Assembly: GCA_024230675.1 (NCBI GenBank)
Contig: JAAERE010000194.1
Coordinates: forward strand, 1 to 50,772
DNA length: 50,772 nt
Source of the DNA: a bacterium
Lineage (GTDB): Bacteria; Zixibacteria; MSB-5A5; GN15; FEB-12
Direction: 5' to 3'
A program made the translations under genes and the position numbers. Below the pieces are notes generated by a model, which saw only the letters and a list, made by a program, of their open reading frames with translations, was not told where the DNA came from and did not search any database. Shown here one piece after another: positions 43,055 through 50,772 of the stretch; position 1 is the stretch's first letter; the number at the start of each line of letters is the position of its first letter.

Positions 43055-45085
43055 TTGGCAACCGGCCGTGCGGACAAAATTCATCCTTACGTTCTAACAG
43101 CCTTCACTTTGACGGTGGCGGCCTTCTATGCAGCCTCGTTTTTTCCTCAGGCACGTCTGTGGGGGATAAATTGGTTCGGGTTTTTCGATTGGTACGGTCC
43201 GATCTCCCTGCTGGCAGTCGCGCTGCTCTTACCGCTCGTCCTTGTCCGGCTCGGCTCGGCGGATGACAAGCCCTCAAGCAGTCGCGTCTACGGCGTTTTC
43301 GCGAGTGCGACCGTACTTCTGCTCACGCTCTTTCTCCACCTCTTCAGGGCACGCACTCACTTTCTCGGCGATGGCTACCAGATTCTGGACTGGCTTAGGT
43401 CGGGAGCGCCTAACAACAAACCCTGGGCGGCCGGGGTCCACGCGGTCCTGTTGTGGCTGTACACCGCTGTTGCGGATTTCTCGAGCCAGCCTGAATTAGC
43501 GGCTTCCCAACTGCTTTCATATCTATCGGGCGTGGTATTCGTCATTGCAGCTGCCCTGTCTGCCGCCTGGTTCTTTGAGCGGACGAGAGATCGAATCATC
43601 TTTCTTCTGGGTTTGTGCTCGGGTGGGCACATGCTTATGTATTTCGGATACGTCGAAAGCTATCCGCTTTTTGTTACCGTAGTGGCGCTGTTCAGTCTTG
43701 TCGGTCTGGCCGTCAGCCGCGGCAAACTGGGCCGGTCCTGGCTGCTGATTCCTCTGGGGCTGGCGGTCACCCTCCATATCTTCTGCGTGGCGCTGATTCC
43801 GGCAGGACTTTATCTGCTTCTCAGGGACACTTCGTTGGGGCGGCGCCTGGCGTCAATGCGTCCCGCCGTACGATGGGGGGGAGCCGTCCTGTGCTTTGCT
43901 GGCGCGGTGGCGGTCTTTGCATACGCTTACACCCACAGCTACTTTTTCCGCTTCACTATCGTGCCGTTTGTTGATGGCCCGCTGGTGGTGGAACGATACA
44001 CGATGTTTTCCTCTGCTCATCTGCTGGACTTTGTTAACCTGATATGGCAGCACGCTCCAGCCTTGTTGCTGTTTGGGGCGGTCCGGCTCATGCTGCCGAT
44101 GCGCTCCATGGTCGTCCGTCCTGACTATCGCTTCCTGTTCCTGTTGGCAGCTCCATCGTTGGTGATGGTTTTCATCTTTCAGCCGGGTCTGGCAACGCCC
44201 CGCGACTGGGACCTTTTCAGCTTTCCGGCCGTACCGCTGGTCCTTTTGGGTTTTTATGCGATTCTGGATAATCGGGACCGTCTGGTCGGATACACAACGA
44301 TATCCGGCCTTGCCATCGCCCTGGGCTTCATGCTTCTGATCCCGAGAGTAGCAACTCAGGTCGTTCCAGAGAAGGGCTTGGCCGTGTTTGAGCGCATGGC
44401 GGTCCTTGATCCGATTAGAAACCGCTCCGGGCGCTTTATACAGATCGATTACTATGAGTCTCTGGGCGATACGGCCAATGTAGAACGGGTCCGTGAGTTC
44501 TGTCGCGCCAAATATCCCCAGGAGCGATGGTACGAGGAGTCGCGAATCCTCCTGGAGGGAAATAGGCCGGAAGCAGCCGCCGAGAAGCTCCGGGATGTAG
44601 TGAATTTCGACCCTTCCCACGGGCACGCCTGGGCTGGTCTGGGACTATATCATTATGAGAACAGGCGTTTTGACAGCGCCCTGGCCTGCTGGCAAATCGC
44701 CACCGCCCTTACACCCTTTGATGCCGATCACCTCAGGCAATTGGGTCTTGGTTATTCTGCGGTTGGAGACACCTCCCGAGCAGAGGATTGTTGGCGAGGA
44801 TCTGCGCATCTGGATGACTCCGACCCCGCGGCACAAATATACCTTCTGGGGCTCTATCGCGAGCAGGAGCGCAACGACGAGTATGAGCGCATTCTCAATA
44901 CTCTCGGAGCCCGGCCAGATGTACCCCTGGGGGTTCTGGTAGAGTACGCCGATTACTGTGCCTTTGTCGGCGACCTTGCGGCTTCGGTCGAAGGTTACAG
45001 TCGGGCGTTGGCCCAGGGGCTGGACTCGGCTTTCGTGAGGGAGCGGCAGAGGCAATACCCCGGCCTGCGGGTTATCGAAGACTGA
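43055..45085 (+). CDS. large polytopic membrane protein with C-terminal TPR repeats (uncharacterised)
   Basis: There are about 12 hydrophobic helices in the first ~430 aa, followed by TPR-like repeats (AWAGLGLYHYENRRFDSALACWQIA..). TTG start at 43055 with the SD AGAGGGGA. Confidence 0.7.
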   Translation: MATGRADKIHPYVLTAFTLTVAAFYAASFFPQARLWGINWFGFFDWYGPISLLAVALLLPLVLVRLGSADDKPSSSRVYGVFASATVLLLTLFLHLFRARTHFLGDGYQILDWLRSGAPNNKPWAAGVHAVLLWLYTAVADFSSQPELAASQLLSYLSGVVFVIAAALSAAWFFERTRDRIIFLLGLCSGGHMLMYFGYVESYPLFVTVVALFSLVGLAVSRGKLGRSWLLIPLGLAVTLHIFCVALIPAGLYLLLRDTSLGRRLASMRPAVRWGGAVLCFAGAVAVFAYAYTHSYFFRFTIVPFVDGPLVVERYTMFSSAHLLDFVNLIWQHAPALLLFGAVRLMLPMRSMVVRPDYRFLFLLAAPSLVMVFIFQPGLATPRDWDLFSFPAVPLVLLGFYAILDNRDRLVGYTTISGLAIALGFMLLIPRVATQVVPEKGLAVFERMAVLDPIRNRSGRFIQIDYYESLGDTANVERVREFCRAKYPQERWYEESRILLEGNRPEAAAEKLRDVVNFDPSHGHAWAGLGLYHYENRRFDSALACWQIATALTPFDADHLRQLGLGYSAVGDTSRAEDCWRGSAHLDDSDPAAQIYLLGLYREQERNDEYERILNTLGARPDVPLGVLVEYADYCAFVGDLAASVEGYSRALAQGLDSAFVRERQRQYPGLRVIED

Positions 45086-45103
45086 TTCTGCGGAAAGGCC
45101 CGG

Positions 45104-45901
45104 TCAGGCCTGGTTTCGCTTTCTCTGGATCAAGTATATCGCCAGACCTCCCACAAACAGACCGATCGAAACAACCTGATTGTAGGTCGGCTGGAGGCCG
45201 TCGAGTGCGAAGTGCATTTCATGTTCGTAATAGCGGACGTACTCCAGCACAAACCGGAAGAACGCTTCAGCCATGAAGAGAATAGCCACCAACTGTCCCA
45301 CGAACTGCCTGCGTTTCATCAGGAAGTGCAAAGCCACAAACAACCCCAGACCATAGAGAGAACTGTATAGCTGGGCCGGGTGGATGTGCTGTGAGCCGAA
45401 CACACTGTGGGGAATCGAGCCGGTAGGAAACTGTACACCCCATGGTACATCGGTCGGCGTCCCGAAACAGCAGCCGTTGAGAAAGCAGCCGATGCGGCTG
45501 ATGCCTATGCCCAGTCCGAGAGTAGGTGCGAAATAGTCGAATACTTCCAGCACCGAAAGCTTCTTGAAATAGCAGTAGACGATAGCTCCGCCGATGGCCA
45601 TCAGGACGCCGCCGTACAGGTTGAGGCCGGCGATGCCGAACTGGCCCTCGCCGAAGGGATTGAACACCGCTCCCAGGTTGTTTGAGAAATCGCCCCAATG
45701 CAGAGCCACGAAGGACAGTCTGGCGCCTATGATGCCGCCGAATATCAGGATGTAGGCTACGTTCAGGAGGGGCTCAAAATCCTTGCCGTCGCGGCGAGAC
45801 ATTCGGGCTACATACCAGACACCCAGCAGAAACGAAAGGGCCAGCATCAGCCCGAAGGACCGGATAGGCACCGGTCCGATATGGAAAAGTTCAGGATACA
45901 T
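45104..45901 (-). CDS. lgt: prolipoprotein diacylglyceryl transferase
   Basis: N-terminus IGPVPIRSFGLMLALSFLLG. Also GGIIGARL, GRIGCFLNGCC.G and HPAQLY motifs. Confidence 0.93.
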   Translation of the reverse strand: MYPELFHIGPVPIRSFGLMLALSFLLGVWYVARMSRRDGKDFEPLLNVAYILIFGGIIGARLSFVALHWGDFSNNLGAVFNPFGEGQFGIAGLNLYGGVLMAIGGAIVYCYFKKLSVLEVFDYFAPTLGLGIGISRIGCFLNGCCFGTPTDVPWGVQFPTGSIPHSVFGSQHIHPAQLYSSLYGLGLFVALHFLMKRRQFVGQLVAILFMAEAFFRFVLEYVRYYEHEMHFALDGLQPTYNQVVSIGLFVGGLAIYLIQRKRNQA

Positions 45902-46826
45902 CTTGTCGGCTCAATTCCTTTTGTTCTTTGTGCGGGCTCACATCCCGTGTTGGGGACTTTTGGTACTTCCACACCAGAATCAACGAAAAGATCCCGATGG
46001 CTGCCCCTGCGAATACGTCGGAAGCATAGTGGAATCTTCCCCAGACCGTGCCTATCGCCAGACCGGTCACGATCGGCAGGAGTACCCACCCGGCTTTACG
46101 ATAATACCTAAAACAGAACAGCATAATCACGAGTGCGATTCCGGTGTGGGACGAAGGCATCGCGCCGCCGCGCACCGCTCCTCGATCTATCACCATTTCT
46201 ACAAGCGGCCTGAATATCGGCCCCTCGACGCTATTAGTGTACAGCTCGGCAAAATGCCAGCGGGGTCCCTCGACAGGGTACAGCGAGAACAGCAAATACG
46301 AAATAAAAAACGTCAGACAGGCCGCAGCCGAAAACTCCCTGATCACCCGGTAGTGCTTCTTGGCAAAGGCGGCGATGAGAAAAACGGGCAACATAGGATA
46401 ATAGCTGAAGTAGCAGAACGACAGAATCTCGTTGGTCCAGACGTTCAGCAGATGACTGTCGATATAAAGCGTCGGATTGGCTCCGAGGAGCATGTTTTCG
46501 AAAGTCACCACCTGCCAGTCAAGAAACTGGTCAGTCAGCAAAAACATCAGACCGCCCGTGGCCCGATAGAAGAAGGTGAACATAGCCCCTGGGTACAAAA
46601 GCCTCACCAGAGCCTGCCAGCGCCCTCCTGAGGAGTCTACAAAGCGCATTATCAACAGGGCCACGGCTGCCATAGCCGCATAGAATACGAGCTCGTCGGT
46701 GTAATCGGCCAGGGGGCGGCCGAACGCCAGGATTGCTGACAACATAAGCAGGCAGTAACCCAGAACTATCCAGTCGAAAGCGTACGCTGTGCGGGCTATT
46801 GGAGAGCGAGCCGCCTGCTCAGTCAT
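45891..46826 (-). CDS. PAP2-superfamily membrane phosphatase
   Basis: Polytopic, with the PAP2 signatures PSSHTG and RFHYASDV. It overlaps the lgt start by 11 nt. Confidence 0.8.
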   Translation of the reverse strand: MTEQAARSPIARTAYAFDWIVLGYCLLMLSAILAFGRPLADYTDELVFYAAMAAVALLIMRFVDSSGGRWQALVRLLYPGAMFTFFYRATGGLMFLLTDQFLDWQVVTFENMLLGANPTLYIDSHLLNVWTNEILSFCYFSYYPMLPVFLIAAFAKKHYRVIREFSAAACLTFFISYLLFSLYPVEGPRWHFAELYTNSVEGPIFRPLVEMVIDRGAVRGGAMPSSHTGIALVIMLFCFRYYRKAGWVLLPIVTGLAIGTVWGRFHYASDVFAGAAIGIFSLILVWKYQKSPTRDVSPHKEQKELSRQDVS

Positions 46827-47523
46827 CAGACTTGCTTCTTTCCGACCGGCCGGCTACGACAAGAACGATTTCGCCCTTTACCTTGCGGTCCCTTATCTGT
46901 TCGATTATGGCGCTGATGTTTCCCCGGATATACTGCTCGAATTTCTTGCTGATTTCTCTCGCCAGACAGGCCTGTCGGTCTCCGAGGACCTCCTGCATGT
47001 CGGCCAAGGCCTTTTGTACCCGGTGGGGCGACTCATAGAACACAAGTGTGTGTTCCAGACTCTCCAGCTGTTGCAGCCTTCGTTTTCGCGCGGCGGATTT
47101 GTTGGAGAGAAAACCCTCAAAGAAGAACCGGTCTGTGGGAAGACCGGAGGCGGTGACCGCCGGTACGATCGCGCAAGGGCCGGGCAGGGCCACGATCTCA
47201 AGATCAAGCTCTATGGCGGCTCGCACTATCCGGTAAGCCGGATCTGAAATACCTGGTGAACCGGCGTCCGTGGCCACCGCGACGCTCTGTCCCTCGGCTA
47301 CCATCTGAGCCAGTTGTGCGGCCCGCTCGGCTTCGTTGAAATCGTGATAGCTGATCAGCTTCTTCTTTAGACCGAGTTTTTTTAGAAGCGAGCCGGTGAC
47401 GCGGGTATCCTCGCAGGCTACGGCGGCAACTTCTTCGAGTACTTCGACCGCCCGATTGGTTATGTCGCCCATGTTTCCAATCGGTGTGGGGACGAGGTAT
47501 ATTTTGCCGGGTTGTACAGTCAT
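46819..47523 (-). CDS. rsmI: 16S rRNA (cytidine1402-2'-O)-methyltransferase
   Basis: Contains LYLVPTPIGNMGDIT.RA...L..V..VACEDTR and SDAGSPGISDP, typical of RsmI. Confidence 0.92.
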   Translation of the reverse strand: MTVQPGKIYLVPTPIGNMGDITNRAVEVLEEVAAVACEDTRVTGSLLKKLGLKKKLISYHDFNEAERAAQLAQMVAEGQSVAVATDAGSPGISDPAYRIVRAAIELDLEIVALPGPCAIVPAVTASGLPTDRFFFEGFLSNKSAARKRRLQQLESLEHTLVFYESPHRVQKALADMQEVLGDRQACLAREISKKFEQYIRGNISAIIEQIRDRKVKGEIVLVVAGRSERSKSDD

Positions 47524-47532
47524 GGCTGGAGG

Positions 47533-48342
47533 TCAGCTGTCCAACTGGACGTAGTTGGGGACGGCCTTACGATTCAGAGGAGCGACCGGCGGGAGAGAGC
47601 GTTTGAAGGCGTTGCGGTTGAGGAAGGATATCACCCGACTGAGACTAACGGCGTTGAATCCTTCCGATTCAAGCGCGGCGATCGAGCGCTCCCCATCATC
47701 GACGACCCGTCGAAGAATCCCATCTATTTCATCGTAGGTGACGCCGATCTCTCCCTCGTCGGTCTGGTCGGCCCAGAGATCGGCCGAGGGAGCCTTGGTG
47801 ATAATGGACTCGGGGACCTCCAGATGTCTCGCCAGGTCCCGCACCTCCGCTTTATATAGCTCTCCAATGGGATTGGCCGAACAGGCTGAGTCGCCGAACA
47901 GGGTTGTGTACCCCAGACATATCTCGGTTCGGTTGCCGGTCCCGAGCACCAGGCGGTTCATCTCATAAGCCTGATCAAAAAGGATAGACATCCGCTCCCG
48001 GGCCATCTTGTTGCCCGCGCGAAGCCTCATATCATCGTCAATCGTTTCATAATAGGCGTCGATCATGGGGGAGATATCGACTGTTTTGCTTTCGATCCCA
48101 AGATGGTTCACCAGCTTCCGGGCGTCGCTCACAGATTCAGAAGACGAGGTTCTGTACGGCATGAGAACGCCGAACACCTTATCGGCCCCGACGGCTCTCA
48201 CCGCCAGCGTCGCCGAAAGGGCGGAGTCGATTCCCCCCGAGAGCCCAACCACATAGCCGAATAGACTGGAAAGGTTCAATTGCCCTACAAGGAAGCGGCT
48301 AATTGTCGTGAGGGTGTCCTGAAAGTTGATTCCTTTAGTCAT
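47533..48342 (-). CDS. nadE: ammonia-dependent NAD(+) synthetase
   Basis: PP-loop GLSGGIDSA and the downstream NadE blocks (GTGNRTE..GY.T.FGD). The ATG at 48342 gives ~269 aa. The ORF-track start at 48390 is a GTG. Confidence 0.88.
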   Translation of the reverse strand: MTKGINFQDTLTTISRFLVGQLNLSSLFGYVVGLSGGIDSALSATLAVRAVGADKVFGVLMPYRTSSSESVSDARKLVNHLGIESKTVDISPMIDAYYETIDDDMRLRAGNKMARERMSILFDQAYEMNRLVLGTGNRTEICLGYTTLFGDSACSANPIGELYKAEVRDLARHLEVPESIITKAPSADLWADQTDEGEIGVTYDEIDGILRRVVDDGERSIAALESEGFNAVSLSRVISFLNRNAFKRSLPPVAPLNRKAVPNYVQLDS

Positions 48343-48407
48343 TGTCTCTATTCCCGGTCTGAAACGATACCAAATCAGAAAGTGACTCACAAGTGAAATA
48401 TCCCCGG

Positions 48408-48436
48408 TTGACGCCGCTGGTGCCCGGCCTTATATT
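48408..48436 (+). promoter_or_regulatory. sigma70-type promoter candidate for ssb (TTGACG-17-TATATT)
   Basis: TTGACG at 48408..48413, an exactly 17-nt spacer, TATATT at 48431..48436. It lies about 30 nt upstream of the ssb ATG. Confidence 0.5.
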
Positions 48437-48467
48437 CCGGCATTCAAACTGAGGGAGAACCGGATCA

Positions 48468-48899
48468 ATGAGCGTAAACAAAGCTATTTTACTGGGACGA
48501 CTGGGCAAAGACCCGGAGCTGCGATATACTCCTTCCGGGAAAGCGGTCGCATCTTTTTCCCTGGCTACGTCCGAGCGGTGGACCGGTCAGGACGGCCAGC
48601 GCAACGAGTCTACGACCTGGCACAACATTGTCGCCTGGGGGAAACAGGCCGAACTGATCAAGGAATACCTGCGCAAAGGGCGTGAGGTATATATTGAGGG
48701 GCGTATCGACAACCGCAGCTACGAGAAAAAAGACGGCAGCGGCAAAGCGTATATTTCCGAAGTCATCGTCCAGACTTTCCAGTTTGTTGGTTCCCGAGGA
48801 GATTCGCAGGGCAGCCCCGAGCCTTCAGCGGCTCCCAGTGGAGAGGCTGCCGCGCCTTCCGGCACTGCTACGTCCGACGACGACGACCTCCCGTTCTGA
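48468..48899 (+). CDS. ssb: single-stranded DNA-binding protein
   Basis: OB-fold N-terminus MSVNKAILLGRLGKDPELRYTPSGKAV..F.LAT, a Gly/Pro/Ser-rich linker, and the acidic tip DDDDLPF. Confidence 0.96.
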   Translation: MSVNKAILLGRLGKDPELRYTPSGKAVASFSLATSERWTGQDGQRNESTTWHNIVAWGKQAELIKEYLRKGREVYIEGRIDNRSYEKKDGSGKAYISEVIVQTFQFVGSRGDSQGSPEPSAAPSGEAAAPSGTATSDDDDLPF

Positions 48900-48922
48900 T
48901 CAGAATTTGCACAGACCTGTCG

Positions 48923-48948
48923 CAAAAGCCCCGCGTGCGGGGCTTTTG
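48923..48948 (+). terminator. intrinsic terminator after ssb
   Basis: CAAAAGCCCCG / CGGGGCTTTTG hairpin ending in TTTT. Confidence 0.7.
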
Positions 48949-49085
48949 CATGTCCGATACTTCCACAACAGAATGTCTTTTTTAGGGCTAAGAACGGCGG
49001 CCGATTTCACCGAAATTTGACTATGCGGGCGAAATCTGCCCAATAGGGGGCCGGGTCCGCGTCAAGAATAATAGGAGATTGTCTT

Positions 49086-49655
49086 ATGTTCGCACGACTT
49101 CTAAGAGCCGAATCCGTTCTGGATAACGCGCGTCTCTATCGGACGGCGACTTTCATGGGGCTTTCGGCGGTGATGGCCTCAGCGGCCATTATCTGGTACT
49201 ACAACGACAACGTCCTGGGCGTCGTAAGTAGCGGCATCTCTGACCGCATCCAGTTGACCCTGTTAGCGCTCATGCCCTACATGATCTCGGCCGTGATTTC
49301 GGCGATCACCGCCATTGGTGTCATGAACATCCTTCCAACGGCTCGCATGGCGGCCCCCGTGCATCAGATAGTCGCCCGGCTGAAAGAGATCGGCGATGGT
49401 GACCTCACGGCCAGGGTACGAATGGACGGTGAGGATCCCCTCAAAGACGTCGGCAACGCTTTCAACGGGGCCATGTCATCGCTGGCGGATCAGGTGGCTC
49501 ACTGGAAGATCGTCAACCGGCAACAGTGGGGAGTACTCTGTCGTATTCGCCAGGCTGTTGAGGAAAAAGATGAGGAACAGGCGTTGCGCTTTGTTGCCGA
49601 GATGGAACAGAACTGGGATCGTATTGCCGAGATCGAGCAGCGTCTAATCGCCTGA
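49086..49655 (+). CDS. two-TM HAMP-domain protein without a recognisable output domain
   Basis: Two hydrophobic helices, then the HAMP pattern [21 protein letters not shown]....[17 protein letters not shown], then a short coiled coil. Its 3' end overlaps the lpxD 3' end by 12 nt (convergent). Confidence 0.7.
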   Translation: MFARLLRAESVLDNARLYRTATFMGLSAVMASAAIIWYYNDNVLGVVSSGISDRIQLTLLALMPYMISAVISAITAIGVMNILPTARMAAPVHQIVARLKEIGDGDLTARVRMDGEDPLKDVGNAFNGAMSSLADQVAHWKIVNRQQWGVLCRIRQAVEEKDEEQALRFVAEMEQNWDRIAEIEQRLIA

Positions 49656-50663
49656 TTTCTTGGGTTCGTCCGACTCGAGTTTCCTGACTCGCTTGAAGAG
49701 ATCGGGAAGGCGCGAAAGGGCGGCTTCTATTCGTTTTGCCTGCATGATGTCGCGGGCGGGGGAACCAAGAACGGTTTTTCCGGCTGCAAGGGATTTGGCT
49801 ACACCGGACTGGGCGCCGACCTGGACGTCATCGCCGATTTCGATGTGCCCCACCAGCCCCACCTGACCGGCGAGGATGGCCCGGTTTCCCACCTTGGTCG
49901 ATCCGGAAATGCCGACCTGGGCTACGATAATGGCGTTTTCGCCGATCTCCACATTGTGAGCTATCTGCACCAGGTTGTCGATCTTGGTCCCACGACCAAT
50001 TTTGGTCGGGCCGATGGCGCCCCGGTCAACCGTCGTGTTTGAGCCGATCTCCACGTCGTCGGCAATCTCCACCCAGCCAACCTGCTTGATCTTCTTAAGA
50101 CCCTTTTCTGATGGGGCGAAACCAAAACCGTCAGATCCGATAACCACTCCTGAGTGCAAGATGACGTTGTTGCCGATCTTACTGCCGTTGAGAATACGAA
50201 CCCCCGGGTAAAACAGGCAGTTGTCACCTATCTGAACGTCCTCACCCACGTAAACCGACGACACCAACTGGCAGTTGCGGCCTATCACCGTACCGTGGCG
50301 CAGATGGCAGAGGGGGCCGATGCGCGATGATTCATCGATGTTCACATCCCATTCGATGACGCTGTCGGCGTGAACGCCGGGCGCCGTCTGGGGCTGGTCG
50401 GGGTACAGGAGAGCGACAATCTGCGCGTAGGCAAAGTAGGGATTGGGGTGTCGAATAACCGGTATGTGGGTGCAGGGGGTGTCCGGGTCGAGGATGAGCG
50501 CCGAGGCTCTCGTGGTTTCGACGAAACGGGAGTACCGTGAGTTGGCGATGAAGCTGATGGCTCCCGGTCCGGCCGTTTCAATTGGGCCCACCGCCTCAAT
50601 GACCGTCTGGGCATCGCCCTCGACGGTGGCGCCCACTCTTTTCGCTAATTCGCCAAGAGTCAT
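49644..50663 (-). CDS. lpxD: UDP-3-O-acylglucosamine N-acyltransferase
   Basis: N-terminus [15 protein letters not shown], an extended left-handed beta-helix of hexapeptide repeats, and a C-terminal helix. Confidence 0.93.
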   Translation of the reverse strand: MTLGELAKRVGATVEGDAQTVIEAVGPIETAGPGAISFIANSRYSRFVETTRASALILDPDTPCTHIPVIRHPNPYFAYAQIVALLYPDQPQTAPGVHADSVIEWDVNIDESSRIGPLCHLRHGTVIGRNCQLVSSVYVGEDVQIGDNCLFYPGVRILNGSKIGNNVILHSGVVIGSDGFGFAPSEKGLKKIKQVGWVEIADDVEIGSNTTVDRGAIGPTKIGRGTKIDNLVQIAHNVEIGENAIIVAQVGISGSTKVGNRAILAGQVGLVGHIEIGDDVQVGAQSGVAKSLAAGKTVLGSPARDIMQAKRIEAALSRLPDLFKRVRKLESDEPKKSGD

Positions 50664-50670
50664 GGAATAG

Positions 50671-50772
50671 CTACAGATCCAGTTTTTCGAGCTGTTCCAG
50701 GACCTTGTCGGTAATGTCGTAAGTGTCCTTGATGTAGCCCAGACCGGACTGGAGCGTGAAGACCACGTCGTA
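50671..50772 (-). CDS. skp: OmpH/Skp-family periplasmic chaperone, C-terminal fragment
   Basis: Reverse translation ends [33 protein letters not shown]. This has a typical Skp C-terminus (DIT..V) and the conserved skp-lpxD gene order. The start lies outside the window. Confidence 0.55.
   Translation of the reverse strand, partial: YDVVFTLQSGLGYIKDTYDITDKVLEQLEKLDL

Overview
This 50.8-kb chromosomal window comes from a moderately GC-rich diderm bacterium. It carries Tol-Pal, LpxD, Skp, Lgt and a lipoprotein Pal. I see no rRNA, tRNA, CRISPR, transposase or integrase. All family names come from motif recognition by eye, because no database search was possible.

Housekeeping genes on the left:
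- rdgB (partial), murI, an Amidase_3 cell-wall amidase and smpB.
- Two stand-alone receiver domains and a PhaR/phasin-like protein.
- ligA, then a complete tolQ-tolR-tolA(like)-tolB-pal-cpoB operon.

Housekeeping genes on the right:
- ppdK, an ADP-forming acetyl-CoA synthetase and gltX.
- A redox-stress cluster: a ferritin-like/rubrerythrin domain, an unannotated 48-aa rubredoxin-like ORF, a peroxiredoxin and a TrxR-like ferredoxin-NADP reductase.
- nadA, an orphan 2-oxoacid dehydrogenase E2 plus lipB, and a FabL-like SDR.
- A large TPR membrane protein, lgt, a PAP2 phosphatase, rsmI, nadE, ssb, a HAMP-only protein, lpxD and skp (partial).

The stand-out feature is an 11.5-kb, twelve-gene, single-strand operon at about 17.0-28.45 kb.
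- It is a four-gene cassette of membrane proteins (families A-B-C-D) repeated three times in the same order.
- Gene junctions are tight or overlapping, including the junction between cassettes 1 and 2.
- Candidate sigma70-type promoters lie upstream and a strong intrinsic terminator lies downstream.
- The copies are clearly paralogous at protein level but diverged at synonymous sites, so this is an ancient, maintained triplication rather than an assembly artefact.
- I cannot assign any of the four families to a characterised family.

A three-gene operon is transcribed divergently from the same 590-bp intergenic region. It encodes a GlmL/MutL-like actin-fold protein with no mutase partner.

Promoters and terminators in this window are unusually readable: TTGAC(N17)TATATT-type boxes and GC hairpins followed by T-runs.
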